A stretch of DNA of 57,052 bases, counting the filler, from Bipalium vagum (taxonomy: Eukaryota): NCBI GenBank assembly GCA_037834085.1. It is 3 parts of 3 records of this genome, joined end to end, with 100 filler letters (N's around TTAATTAATTAA, not from the genome) between each part and the next. Parts side by side here need not be neighbours in the genome. Positions count along the whole stretch, not along the records: positions 19,016 to 36,866 come from JBBMKC010048790.1; 2 more parts are not named here. One strand, written 5' to 3'. A program made the translations under genes and the position numbers. Under the pieces are notes generated by a model. The model was not told the origin of the DNA and did no database searches. It saw only the letters and a list, made by a program, of their open reading frames with translations. Of this stretch, positions 25,201 through 36,110 are shown in pieces (the stretch's first letter is position 1; the number at the start of each line of letters is the position of its first letter).

Positions 25201-28200
25201 TACGAAGAATTGCGAGTAATGGAGTGGAATTTCAGAAACGAGATTTTCGAGAGACTCCGTACAAGAATATCATGGGTAGATTAACGTTTCAGATGGCGAT
25301 CTCAAATTGAGGGCTTCCTCAGGAGTGAAGGTAATAGAGGCCATCAATTAGTTTTACGTAACGAATGTTTGAGTAGATTTGTTGCATATTAAATTATGGT
25401 TTTCGAGCCCATACTACCCGATAAAAAAGGCCAAGTCGAAAGGCAATTCAGGGAAATTCGTGATCTTATCAACGTGACATTCAAGCAAAGAAAGATGTTT
25501 AGTTTGCGATCATTGCTACGGTCTAAAAATCTACGGGGATAAGCCCGGCATAAAATGTTTTGGCAGGAAAATTTTCAGGGAAAACTGGATGCTAAGTATG
25601 GATTTGAGGAGCAGAATGAGAAAGACAGAAACCAAACTAAGTGTGCCCCAAGTCTCAACTGTTAGAATATTTGCTGTCGGAATCAACGTTCTCATAAAAG
25701 CAGAGAACAGGAACATGGAACAAGATCAATATATTGGATGATACAAAGTGATCAGAAAAATTCATGATAGAAGATATGAAAGGGAGGAGCAATCAGGGAA
25801 ACAAATCGAGAGAAATATAGGGAAGAATAAAGAAATTTCTAAAAAAGGGGTTATCAGAAATTAATTATTTAATACCTTAATAAGTGGTTTGTTAGCTGCG
25901 ATATCAACAAAGTCAGTCATTTTGAACAATATATTTTTGCATGGTTTTTAAAACATTAATACTTAAACAAATTGTCCATTCTTAATAAATTAATATATTG
26001 TGCCAATAAAAATTATTTTAAAATTAATATTAAAATTAAATTAAATAAATAATAAAAGTAAATTTACAGTTAATTAAAAATTTAAAAATTAGAAATCAGT
26101 TTCAATAGTCACATCCCCCTTCTCAAGAATTTATTTACTTTTCCAAATTCCTTTCTATTGGTTTTCCTTCTCTATCTTCCAATGCATATACCCTGTCATG
26201 AATTTTCTGTACACCATGTATTGACCTTCGTATCTTTCTTTTTCCTTAGTTCTGCCTTCGGCCATCACAAATACTTGTTTCTCAGGTTGAACTTTCTTTT
26301 TTTTGCTTCAAATTCAATTTCTGGTAACTAATTTTCCCAATCATTGTTTCTTCCCTCAGTCATAGTACTATTCATGTAGTCACAAATTGTTTTGAATTGC
26401 CGTTCTATTATGCAGTTGGTGTTATGGTGATACGGACCGGTAAAACACAGTTTTGCTTTACTCTGTGTGACTCTAGATTCAAAGAGCTTTACACAGTCTA
26501 CATGGATTTCCTTTAGTACGCCATTTTTCCATTTTATTATTATTATTTTTTCATTGTTCTTCCTACACAACTGTTCTAACATTCTTGATTTTTTTGCATA
26601 CCCATTGCTAAATTTTTGATAATAATTACAAATGCCCAGAAAGCTTCTTCAATTATTTACGTATTTTGAGCTCTCCAAGGCTTTAATTGCCTCAATTTTT
26701 GCTCGGTCAGTTTTGATTCCTTGTTTGTCAATTACATGTCCTAGAAATTTGACTTCTGTTCTTAGTAGATGGCATTTCTCTGGGTTCACTCTAAGTCCTG
26801 CTTCTTTATTATTCTTTAGCACTTCACTTAATACGGTGTAATGATGTTCTAGATCATTTGTGTGAATCATAATATTATCTAAATAGACCATCGTATTTTT
26901 CAAAGTTCCTAAACCCTTCGTGATTAGCTCCTCATAAGTTCTGGTGTGGGCGCCATGTTAGCTGTGATATCAACAAAGTCAGTCATTTTGAACAATATAT
27001 TATTGTGAGATTTTAAAAACATTAATACTTAAAAAAATTTTCCATTCTTCATAAATTAATATATTGTATATATAAATTAATATATAATAAATAAGACGCC
27101 TTGGAAAAATAATAAATAATATTAATGAAATTATTATCAGTAATATTTGTCAATTATTATTACGTTTACATTTAGAACAAAAGATATTTGAGTGATCTGA
27201 CTGACATCGGCTCATTGTCACCCACTCCAAATACCGGCTCCTTCAACGCCTATCTGGGCAACGCCATTCCATTTGCAGTGTCCTCAGACTCCAGAGTTGT
27301 GCTCACTATTTCGGAAGTAGGAGAGGGTCGTGTTGGTTTTGCAGGCTCCATCAAATACTTGGATCCAGAATATGAATTCGACATGAGACATTTTTATCAA
27401 AAGGTCTTCGGTGACAATCATGCCAAACCTGAAGAGTTGACAAAAGAACTAGTACAAGAATTGTTTTTACAAATTATTCGCCATGAACCTCTAAAATCCT
27501 CTGTCATATGGAATTGTCACAACTCCATTGGAGTATTACATATTGAGAAACTGCTGGAACTAATCAAGCGCGGACTGAAAATCGTTATTGCCTTTAACCC
27601 GAACTTCTTTGATTTCAGAATAGAGGATACAGAATTCTTCCCCATTTTGAAGGCCGCTGGCATCTGGATAAATAATTTTGATTTCGAAGGTAAAGTGGAC
27701 ATTTTGGTTGAACCTGATTTGAAGACTTTACCCTTGGTTCACTTATTACATTTTGCATCACAAAATTATATAAAACTTTGGGAAACCACTGTTTACATTG
27801 AAGCCCGTATACGGGATATGCCCGATTGGATCTTCACGGAGAATACGATGTCAAATTCTTTAAATGACGACTTGAAAAAATTTTATGACATTTTCTTGCC
27901 CATAGTTGAGTGGGCTATACCTTGTTATGATATGAAACTTCGACATAAATTTTATATAGATACCTTGAGAGTGTATGGATCAATGCTAAAAAAACCACTG
28001 CAACCGGGTTTGGAAGCTCCAGGGGTTGCAGTTTATCCGGGAAAGATGTATTCTGAGACGATCGACTTTATTAATGTTAAAATGAGGGTAAACACTAAAT
28101 TTAAGTCAGAGGTCTATCAGCTCGGACTGTTTTCGAGTCCTGGAGTTGAATTTTCTGTGAAAATCAAAAGTCTCAGGTCCACATATTGCTTGTTACACAT

Positions 28201-29404
28201 AAACTTTCAGTCTATTGAAACTGACTTTCGTCGAAATTTGATTAAGTGGCCTTATGTAAAAACAAACTTTACTTTGCGTAATGATACGAGGAAGAAAATA
28301 ACAACGGGTTTCGGAGGTCTTTTGTCATTACAATGCAAAGAGGATGAAGATATTGTCAACATTCACCTCACTAATGTAATTCAAGCTACAATGTTTGATA
28401 TTAGGGACAAAGATCTAGCCAAGAACTGGACTCATCTCCAAAGGCTCAATACACCTTGGGCGGTTGTCGCTGCTGATTCTGTGGTATTTGTTGTGCCCTC
28501 CTATGCTATTCGTAACATAGCTGACATTAAATCCGTCATGATCCTATATGATTTAATGATCAAGGAAGAATTGCACTTGAGAGGAAGGTCCATCCGGAAT
28601 CGTCGAAGAGATGTTGTATCTACAGATATAGAAATATCAGACGGATATTTCCAAGCTGGCTACCCTATTCAATCTAGAATATCTTATTACACAAATCCCA
28701 AGGATGACATGTATTTGTTTGATATACCAAGAATAAAAAATAAAGGTTCCTGGAGTATTTTGCAAATGGTAGGACATAATCTAAAAAGCAGTTTATTCAT
28801 AATACCAGGTACAAATGACTTAATGGATAATATCTTTACTTTGGTCGCAACGGAATCAGTCACTGGTCAGAGCTCATGGTTACCAAACGAAGGCTGGGCT
28901 CAAGAAGAAGATATCCTCAATTTAGCAGTTACATACATCAACAAAGAAACTTTCTCCGAATTGATATGGAGAAGATATTTACCACTCGCAATCTTTGCTC
29001 AACTTCGAAATAGTTTCGGCTGGGAATTGTACGCTCAGTTATTTCGTCGCTATGATATTATAAGTCAAGAGACGACATATTTATCACCGGATGCAACAAT
29101 TCAAACTTGGATAAACGAATCGTCTTTCATTGCCAGAATGAATTTGGTTCCTTTTTACGATTTATGGCATTGGCCCATTGACCAAGGCTTGAATGAAAAG
29201 CTGTCTCAATTTCCCTATTTTATGCCAGACGATTTTCTTACAAAAGAAGTTGTTGAAGCGGTTGAAAAAATCATGGACAAGTATGGCGGAGCGAAACACT
29301 TCAAACGATATCCCATCCCCATTCCAATCATAGTTGGTCCTGCCTTAAATAAATTGACAATTGAAGGGGTCAGGGTTATAGAAGAAATGACAGTTTTCCA
29401 TTGA
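22282..29404 (+). CDS. Kringle-kringle-unknown domain-TCAF/FAM115 (M60-like) protein; exons 22282-22539, 22583-22834, 22882-23004, 23052-23332, 27176-29404; 5' exon(s) not located
   Basis: Two kringle exons (NYCRNP..GPWCF..WEYCDIPPC; NFCRNP..GPWCY..CDVEMC) flanked by phase-1 introns of 43-47 nt. Phase-0 donor AAG|gtaaag at 23332 joins phase-0 acceptor tttag|AAC at 27176, in frame with the 738-aa ORF. Confidence 0.72.
23400..25889. mobile_element. Nested gypsy relics inside the large intron (minus-strand pol fragment 23450-24120; plus-strand gag/IN 24500-25860)
   Basis: Zinc knuckles CRRTVHISREC / CLACGKIGHIKRHC; integrase SSPYYP..GQVERQFR; PPT-like aaaaaagggg near 25841-25850. Confidence 0.75.
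25890..27067 (-). mobile_element. Miniature internally deleted gypsy element with two LTRs, PBS and PPT
   Basis: About 110-bp direct repeat 25890-26001 / 26956-27067; 3' LTR 26113-25890 is TG...CA; PBS TGGCGCCCA at 26955-26947; PPT GAGAAGGGGGA just before 26113; RT (YLDN) and IN (IERQFKT) fragments. Confidence 0.88.
27176..29404 (+). CDS. Large terminal exon: TCAF/FAM115-like M60-like peptidase domain, zinc motif degenerate
   Basis: Intact frame with PGVAVYPG, YQLGLFSSPG, TGFGGLL, PWAVV..VVFVVPS, DIEISDGYFQAGYPI, LAIFAQLRNSFGWELY, NLVPFYDLWHWPI; the HExxH position reads QMVGH. Confidence 0.85.
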   Translation, partial: NKRYLSDLTDIGSLSPTPNTGSFNAYLGNAIPFAVSSDSRVVLTISEVGEGRVGFAGSIKYLDPEYEFDMRHFYQKVFGDNHAKPEELTKELVQELFLQIIRHEPLKSSVIWNCHNSIGVLHIEKLLELIKRGLKIVIAFNPNFFDFRIEDTEFFPILKAAGIWINNFDFEGKVDILVEPDLKTLPLVHLLHFASQNYIKLWETTVYIEARIRDMPDWIFTENTMSNSLNDDLKKFYDIFLPIVEWAIPCYDMKLRHKFYIDTLRVYGSMLKKPLQPGLEAPGVAVYPGKMYSETIDFINVKMRVNTKFKSEVYQLGLFSSPGVEFSVKIKSLRSTYCLLHINFQSIETDFRRNLIKWPYVKTNFTLRNDTRKKITTGFGGLLSLQCKEDEDIVNIHLTNVIQATMFDIRDKDLAKNWTHLQRLNTPWAVVAADSVVFVVPSYAIRNIADIKSVMILYDLMIKEELHLRGRSIRNRRRDVVSTDIEISDGYFQAGYPIQSRISYYTNPKDDMYLFDIPRIKNKGSWSILQMVGHNLKSSLFIIPGTNDLMDNIFTLVATESVTGQSSWLPNEGWAQEEDILNLAVTYINKETFSELIWRRYLPLAIFAQLRNSFGWELYAQLFRRYDIISQETTYLSPDATIQTWINESSFIARMNLVPFYDLWHWPIDQGLNEKLSQFPYFMPDDFLTKEVVEAVEKIMDKYGGAKHFKRYPIPIPIIVGPALNKLTIEGVRVIEEMTVFH

Positions 29405-29899
29405 AACATTTTATTTATTTGTTCAATGTTTTTGTTTAAACGGTTATGGTAAATGTTTTCAATAAATTTTTATCTTTCACTTAAGTAAAAGAGAGTAAAA
29501 ATGTAAATTTAGCACCATGTTTATGTTCCTGTTATATCGCTATTACTATATATTTATGACGGCAGTAAAACCAAAAAATCGAAAAAAATATTGATAAATA
29601 TATTTGTGAAGTTCGTAATAAGAATATATCAAGATATTATAAGCAATCTAAACAAAATGCAATTTTAAAATTACATGAATATCAAAAAAATATTTTGTCA
29701 ATGTCAATTAAAAGAATTTAAATATTAAAACAAATGGTTCTATAAATTAAAATGATTATAATTATTAAATGTTTTAAGATTATAATGTTAGGTATTGAGT
29801 GCAAGCATTCATTGATAAGGCAGCTGATGAAATTATAGAAAACAAAATAGATATTTAGTAATTTTCGTTTAAAAAATCAATTTTATTTTAAAAAAATGT

Positions 29900-30465
29900 A
29901 ATAATTTGAACTTAGAAAAAATAGATATCATCAAGATTTAACAGTAAATATGTGATTAATTAGAAATTTGTTTAAATCCAAAACAGCAAAAAATTTAAGT
30001 AAAAATGGAAATTTAACTTTTAGTTTATTACTAACTGCAAATACTTTGGATTTATCAGAAGCAATTTTTGTTTTTTGTATTTGAAATAAAAAATATAAAA
30101 GCAGATGAAAGAATAACATTTCAGAATAACTTTTTTCCTTTTTTATTTTCTAATGTAGTTTTAAAATTAGGATCAGCAGAAGTAGAAACAATTGAATATT
30201 TAAGAACTACAAATTCTATAAAAAATTTTGTATTAATTGATGAAAATGATGATGGAGACATTTTTTGGATGGCATTCTGATAAAATTAAAGAAGATCCTA
30301 ATATAGGATTTAAAACAAGAAAAAATTATATTCAAATAAAAAATTTATTGGTGAATTTCTTTTAAAATTAATGTTTGGATTTTTACAATTATTAATAATT
30401 ATATATAATATGCAAGTAGAATTAACTTTTTCAAGAAACCCAACATATAAAGATTCGATAAAATA
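29900..30465 (+). pseudogene. Major capsid (hexon-like) protein, N-terminal half
   Basis: NLSKNGNLTF..LDLSEA..NNFFPFLFSNVVLKLGSAEVETIE..GW..NIGFKTRKK..LKLMFGF..VELTFSR..DSI; matches my recollection of the Polinton MCP pattern. Confidence 0.65.
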
Positions 30466-30870
30466 GAATAAAATATAATACCTATCATAGAAATAGAAAA
30501 CAAGAAAATCCAATTTTAAAACTTCAACAAAAATTATATACCAGTTTAAGTAGATGTTTAAGAGAACGGAGAGAATATGAACAAATAAAAATGTTAATCG
30601 GATGTAGTTTTGATTTTATATATGAGCTGATTGAGTTTCAATTTTATTATGGAATGACATGGGAAAACCAAGAATGTTTTAGGCATATTGATCATGTTCT
30701 TCCAGTTTCTTAATTTGATTTTGAAAATAAAGATCATTTTAAAATATGTTGGAATTGGAAAAATTTAAGACCATTAAGATCTGATAAAAATCTAAAAGTA
30801 ATAAAATTTATTATAAAGAATATTTATTTCAAGAAATTAAATCAAAGTATGCTGAAAAAGTATATAAATA
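30466..30870 (+). pseudogene. NCLDV-type HNH / endonuclease-VII-like protein fragment
   Basis: LIGCSFDFIYELIEFQFYYGMTWEN..HIDHVLPVS*FDF..ICWNWKNLRPL..KNL. Confidence 0.7.
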
Positions 30871-30929
30871 AGAAACAGAAATATTTAAAAATTATTTAAA
30901 ACTAATAAGATAAAAGATTTTTAAGAAAT

Positions 30930-31580
30930 TTCACTTTTTTTGCTTTAATGTCAAAATAAATCATCTTTTCACCTTCAAATTTTATTTCCTTAAATGTTTC
31001 ATGTAATAAAACACAATTCATAATTCCTTTAAAATCATTATCTTTTTCAATAAGCAAAGTAATTGTTGCTTCATTGATACATAAATTATTTGCTTGATCC
31101 GTTAAAACAAAACAAAATATAGAATATAAATTTTGAAATTCTAAGATACTTAATTGTGGATCGTTATTAAAATATTGACAAGAACTTACATAATTTAAAT
31201 TTCACTATTGTAACATTTTTCAAACTTTTTTGGTTTTATAGGATATAATGAATCAACAAGTTGAACTTGAACGATTTAATTTTATTTAAAATAAACAAAC
31301 TATTATTTTTTGTATAATCAAAACGTGTTTCTCTTAAAGCAACAAATAAATAAATTGGAATACTAGGAATATTATATAATTGTAAGGTTTGAGTTGTACC
31401 ATCTGTTAAATTTAGTTCTATACAGTTCCTATTTAAAAAAATCAATATTAATATTTTTACCATCTGTCATTCTAGAGACCAGATTTAATTTTGCGTTATT
31501 ATTTAATTTTAATGAAGGAATAAATAATAACAATTTTTAAAATTTAATTTACTCTCATTTGGTTCCCTAAAATATTTTAT
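30930..31580 (-). pseudogene. Major capsid (hexon-like) protein, C-terminal half
   Basis: KLLLFIPSLKLN..INIDFLNR..PIYLFVAL..NNSLF..SLYP..EFQNLYSIFCFVLTDQ..ITLLIE. Confidence 0.65.
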
Positions 31581-32393
31581 TAAAAATTTTTTCATAATAG
31601 TTATCTGTAATTCTTTTTTGCTTTTTTAATTTATTTAAAAATTTTAAAATTAGATGATCAAGATTATCATGTCCTGATTTTTTAGCTGCTAAATATTTGT
31701 TTAATGCTACAAATTAAACAAGAGTATGTTTTGGTTTGTAAATTTTATAACCTTTTCCTGCTTTTTTCTATTTCATCAAGTTTGGTTATTTGGCTTTTAG
31801 TAAGTTTTATATAATTAGAGTTCATTGCTCCTTTATTATAGTTTATTAGATATACATAATTATTCAAATCTTTTAAACTATAATCTCTTGTCCAGTTAGT
31901 ATAAAATATTTTACTATAATCTTCACCTTCAATTAATGATTTTATACCTTTTGATAGTCTAAAATTAATTTCTTTACCAATTTTAAATAACTCAAAAGAT
32001 ATTTTATTTGTTGTTAAAATATTATTTTTTTATTGAAGATAATAATGTTGGTGGTGATTCTTGATTAATACAAAAATAGTTTTCTAAATTAAAATCTTCA
32101 TATAGTGGTGGTTGATCAATTTTTTTATTAAAAATATTATCAGTTGTTTCATCAATTAAATTCTCAGTTTTAATTTTCTCTCTTTTTTCAGGTTTTTCCA
32201 ATAATTTTTTATTAGCATATTCTAAATCTTTTATTTTTTCAGACGTTTTAGTTTCAATAACTTTATTCTCATCTTTCATATCTGCTTGTCTACGTTTATC
32301 GATTGCACCAGTAACAGGTTTATGAAAAATTTTTAAATCTCGTTGTATTCCATTTTGTAACTCCCATTGATTTATTATTTTATTATTATATTC
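31581..32393 (-). pseudogene. Polinton conserved ORF with C-terminal LAAKKSGHDN motif
   Basis: Coiled-coil N-terminus with IFHKPVTGAID; C-terminal LNKYLAAKKSGHDNL resembles the LxASxxAGN/H motif of Polinton ORFs. Confidence 0.5.
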
Positions 32394-32604
32394 ATTTTAT
32401 ACTGCTATTAATTTTTTTAATATTTCAATTTCATTTTTACTATCAATTAAATTTTGTTTTTTTGAAAAAAAAATAATTATATAATCTTACTATACCAAAA
32501 ATCATAAATATCTTGAAGAGAATAGATTTCAATATATTGTAAGAGAGAAAAATTTTCTAACAAATATAAAATTTTACTTAATTACAATTTTTTTATTAAA
32601 TATT

Positions 32605-33299
32605 TCATTGATTTTTTTCAAAAGAATGTTTATTAATTTTTCTATTAATATTTTTCAGTGTTTTTCGATTCTCTTTTTTAAATTCTTTTTTAAGTTCATT
32701 TTTTGATTCATTATTTATTTTTTCAACAATTTTATTTTCCTTAATTTTTTTAATAATTTCTTTACAGTCATTAATAATTATTTTTGCTTGTTCAATTTCT
32801 TCGTTAGTTAAAATTTTATCACCATAAGCTTTCATTTGAAAAATATATAGTTCACTAACTGAATTTTCTATTGATTCACAAATTTCTCTATAAAGATTTT
32901 TCTTTTACCTGTAATATTTTTACTAATTGTTTTAGTAATAAATAAATTTAATGCAGTAAAAATTGAAGTACTAATAGGAATATAGATAGCTAATCCAATT
33001 TCTAAAGTAGAAACTCCTGGTATTATTGCAGATCAAACTCAAACAATTCCTGTTACAACATTTGTTCCTTATTTTAAATGAGAATCTATTTTAGTATATT
33101 TAAATTATAATTTTTTATAATGTGTTAATAAGTCTTCTAAAACTTTTTTTTCATTCATAAAATTTTCAATATTTAATTTTGCTAATTGATCTATTAAAGG
33201 ATTTGAAAATCTATCAGATTCAAATTTTTCATCTTCATAAAATTTATTTTCTAAATTTGGATATAGTTTTGCAAAAGGAGCAGTTGGCTCAATTTCCAT
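32605..33299 (-). pseudogene. Polinton membrane protein with N-terminal PTAP/LYPNL, hydrophobic hairpin and KAYGDKILTNEE motif
   Basis: ORFs 33105-33299 and 32605-32835 are linked by a hydrophobic stretch (AIIPGVSTLEIGLAIYIPISTSIFTALNLFI) with stops and frameshifts. Confidence 0.6.
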
Positions 33300-33499
33300 T
33301 TTTTAATATAAATTTTGAAAAAAACTTTAAAGATTTTTTAAATATTTTATATTGTATAAAATTTAGAAGAAGTCTCAGAACGGTACATTTTAACGTATAT
33401 TTGGATAAAACTTTTTCAAAAAAATTCAATCTCTTCCATTTCACTTTTGAATAAATTTCTTTTAAAAATCATGAGTTCATAAATTTTTATATTTTTTAA

Positions 33500-34385
33500 A
33501 TTAAATTGAAATTCATACTTTTTATTTGATGGAAAAATTGTTGATTTTTTTTCTTAATTATAGAAAAAATGTAAATATGTTGGAAAATTAAGTACATTTT
33601 CAAAATATTAAATCGGTCCCGAATTTAGATTCTGTTACTTCTGTTCGTCCTATTGATTTTCCATTAACAAAAAAATAATTCCTATTATGATTATATCAAC
33701 CAAAAACATGATATTTATTTTCTGTTCCAAAATTTATAATATTATCTCTTTTTAAACAATTTTTTCTTCAACTAATATTATTGTAAAAGGTTCAATTAAA
33801 GAATAAGAAATATTTCCAAAAAAAATATCCATCATTATTTGCAAATATTTAGACCATGTATTATTTATTTATTTTTAATATTAGTGATTTCCAAAATGAA
33901 TGCCAAATATTTGGTTTAAAAGTTTCATTTAATTTTTTGTAATCATCTTCTGCATAAAAGATTTTTAATTTTGAAATATATTTTTCCGATTTTAGTTTTT
34001 CATCGAGAAGTTCTTTTTCTATATTTTTATTTTTTATTTTTCATTCATTTAAGTTATTTTCAAATTTTTTAATATTAATTGTTTTATCATTTACATTCAT
34101 TGTTTTTTCACTTCTTATTATATTTAATTTATCATCTATATATTTTTTATTTACAACATCATTGTATTCAGTAGGATTTGAAATATTTATTATTTTATTA
34201 TTATTCATATTTAAAATTTCTTTCATGGAATCTGCAGTAACATTTAAAAATTTATTTTCACTTTTATTTCTAAAAAAATTTACTTCTTCTTTTATTTCAT
34301 TTTCTTCATCTTCATCTTCATCATAATGAGTTGGTATAAATATATTCTCCATTTTCAGCAATATTAACAAATACTTGCTCACCAA
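33500..34385 (-). pseudogene. Fibre-like viral protein
   Basis: LNMNNNKIINISNPTEYNDVVNKKYID matches the NKIxNLxxPxxxxDAxNKxYVD repeat of viral/phage fibre proteins; 3' limit uncertain. Confidence 0.5.
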
Positions 34386-34419
34386 TATTTTTAATTAAAT
34401 TTTTAATTATAAATTTTTA

Positions 34420-34775
34420 AAAAAAAGCATGTTCTTTTTCTTCTAAAGATTCCTCAAATATTTTATTATTATATAAATGATATAAAACATATAAAGATAA
34501 TTGCCCACAATATTCCAAATTTGTTTCAGACTGAAAATCAAATTTGTTGTATTCTTTTACATGTTTTTCTAAATCTTCATTTGGTGGTAAACAGTAAGAA
34601 TTAAAGTAAAAATTTTTATAATATCCAACCCAATAAATTCCCTTTTGATTTTTAGCTTGATAATTAATAATTTATGGAATTTCTTTTTAACTCTTTTTCC
34701 TTTAACTTCATCTTTTATTAAAACTTTTAAAGGCATTTCTAATTCTTCAGCAATATCAATTAAATCAAAATTTGT
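34420..34775 (-). pseudogene. Third adenain copy (degenerate)
   Basis: NFDLIDIAEELEMPLK..INYQAKNQKGIYWVGY..YFNSYCLPP..FQSETNLEYCGQLSLYVLY. Confidence 0.85.
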
Positions 34776-35224
34776 AAATGATCTAAATATTCAGTAAACA
34801 TCATTATGTAATTCAAATTGAATTGTCTCATTAGCTCTGTATAAGAAAAATTAAATTCTCCAGCTAGATAACTGTAGATAAATATTTTTATTTTTTTAAT
34901 TATTTAATTTTCGATTAAAGTATTTTCTTCAAGTATACTCATTTTTATAAAATATAAAAATAAAAAGTCTTAATAGTATGATACTAAAATGAAATATTTT
35001 TATTTTTTTAATTATTTAATTTTTGGTGTATCTTAGATATACCATATTAATTTAATTAAATAAATATATTGTGCAAAAAATAACTAAATTGGAATTAATT
35101 AATTTAACTTAATTTAATATTTTTAGATAATTTAATATCTTTAATTTAATTAAATATACTATAAAAAAATAACTAATCTGAAAAAGTCATCTTTAATTCA
35201 TTAGTTTTAATTACTCAAATCCTT

Positions 35225-36110
35225 TAAAAACTACTTCTGTGAAGTTCATTTTCGTAAAAGCGTCCTAAAATCTTTTCTCCCTTTAAATCCATAATTCCAT
35301 AAACGATTGAAGTCGTAAAATAAATTTCATTTGTCCATTTAGCAGTATATCTTTTTGAAATTTATTTTTATATTTAAAAATTCTTACATGATCTCCAAGA
35401 TAATATTTTGATTTTAAATTTAATTGAAAAATAGGGGAAATTATATCAATTGTTGTAGTTTTTAAACTTTATGATTTTTAGAGGCATCATTAGTTGAAAT
35501 ACCAATTGAACTATGAATTTTGTTATTATAAAAATTAGATAAGTTTGGTAAAAGATGTAACCATTTTCGATTTGCCTGTTCCGTAAATTTTTTAAGCATA
35601 AACTTTTTTTAGAGTCTATTAAATCTTTCTGTTACAACTGCTTTTCCCTCATTCTCTGTTTAGTAAATTTCTTTTTCGTTATCATAACAAAATTCTTCAA
35701 AGGTTTTATTGTAAAATTCTGTTCCTTTATCGACCCAAAGTTTTTCTGGAACTCTATTAGAATCTTCAAATATTTTTTTTAAAGCATTTGTAATTGATTG
35801 TCCTGATTCATGTTTTAAAAGAATAGCAAAAGCAAAACGAGTATATAAATCAATCACTGTTAGAATTATTTTATAATCTTTTTCTCCAGGAACAAAAGTT
35901 AAATCTGCAGATCAAATAGCCTTTTTGTTATTTATTTTTAAGAAATTTTGAGGTTTTCTAAATTGTTTAAGAAGTTCATTTGCTAATTGTTTACTTTTTT
36001 CTGGTAGTAAACGTTTTGAATTTTTGAAAAGTTTTTCATTTGCTATATATTTTTTTTGAAGAAATTCCATGTCCTAATCCAGTTTTTCTCTTGGAGTTGG
36101 ATTTTGAATA
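35225..36110 (-). pseudogene. Polinton rve integrase copy (PLA2 part deleted)
   Basis: LANELLKQFRKP..SADLTFVPGEKDYKIILTVIDLYTRFAFA..KLWVDKGTEFYN..VTERFNR..GRFYENELH. Confidence 0.9.

Noticed and set aside
27188-29404. M60-like ORF as a bacterial horizontal transfer or contaminant
   Set aside because: It begins at a splice acceptor in frame with upstream kringle exons and has TCAF/FAM115-like motifs; a transfer claim would need a phylogeny.
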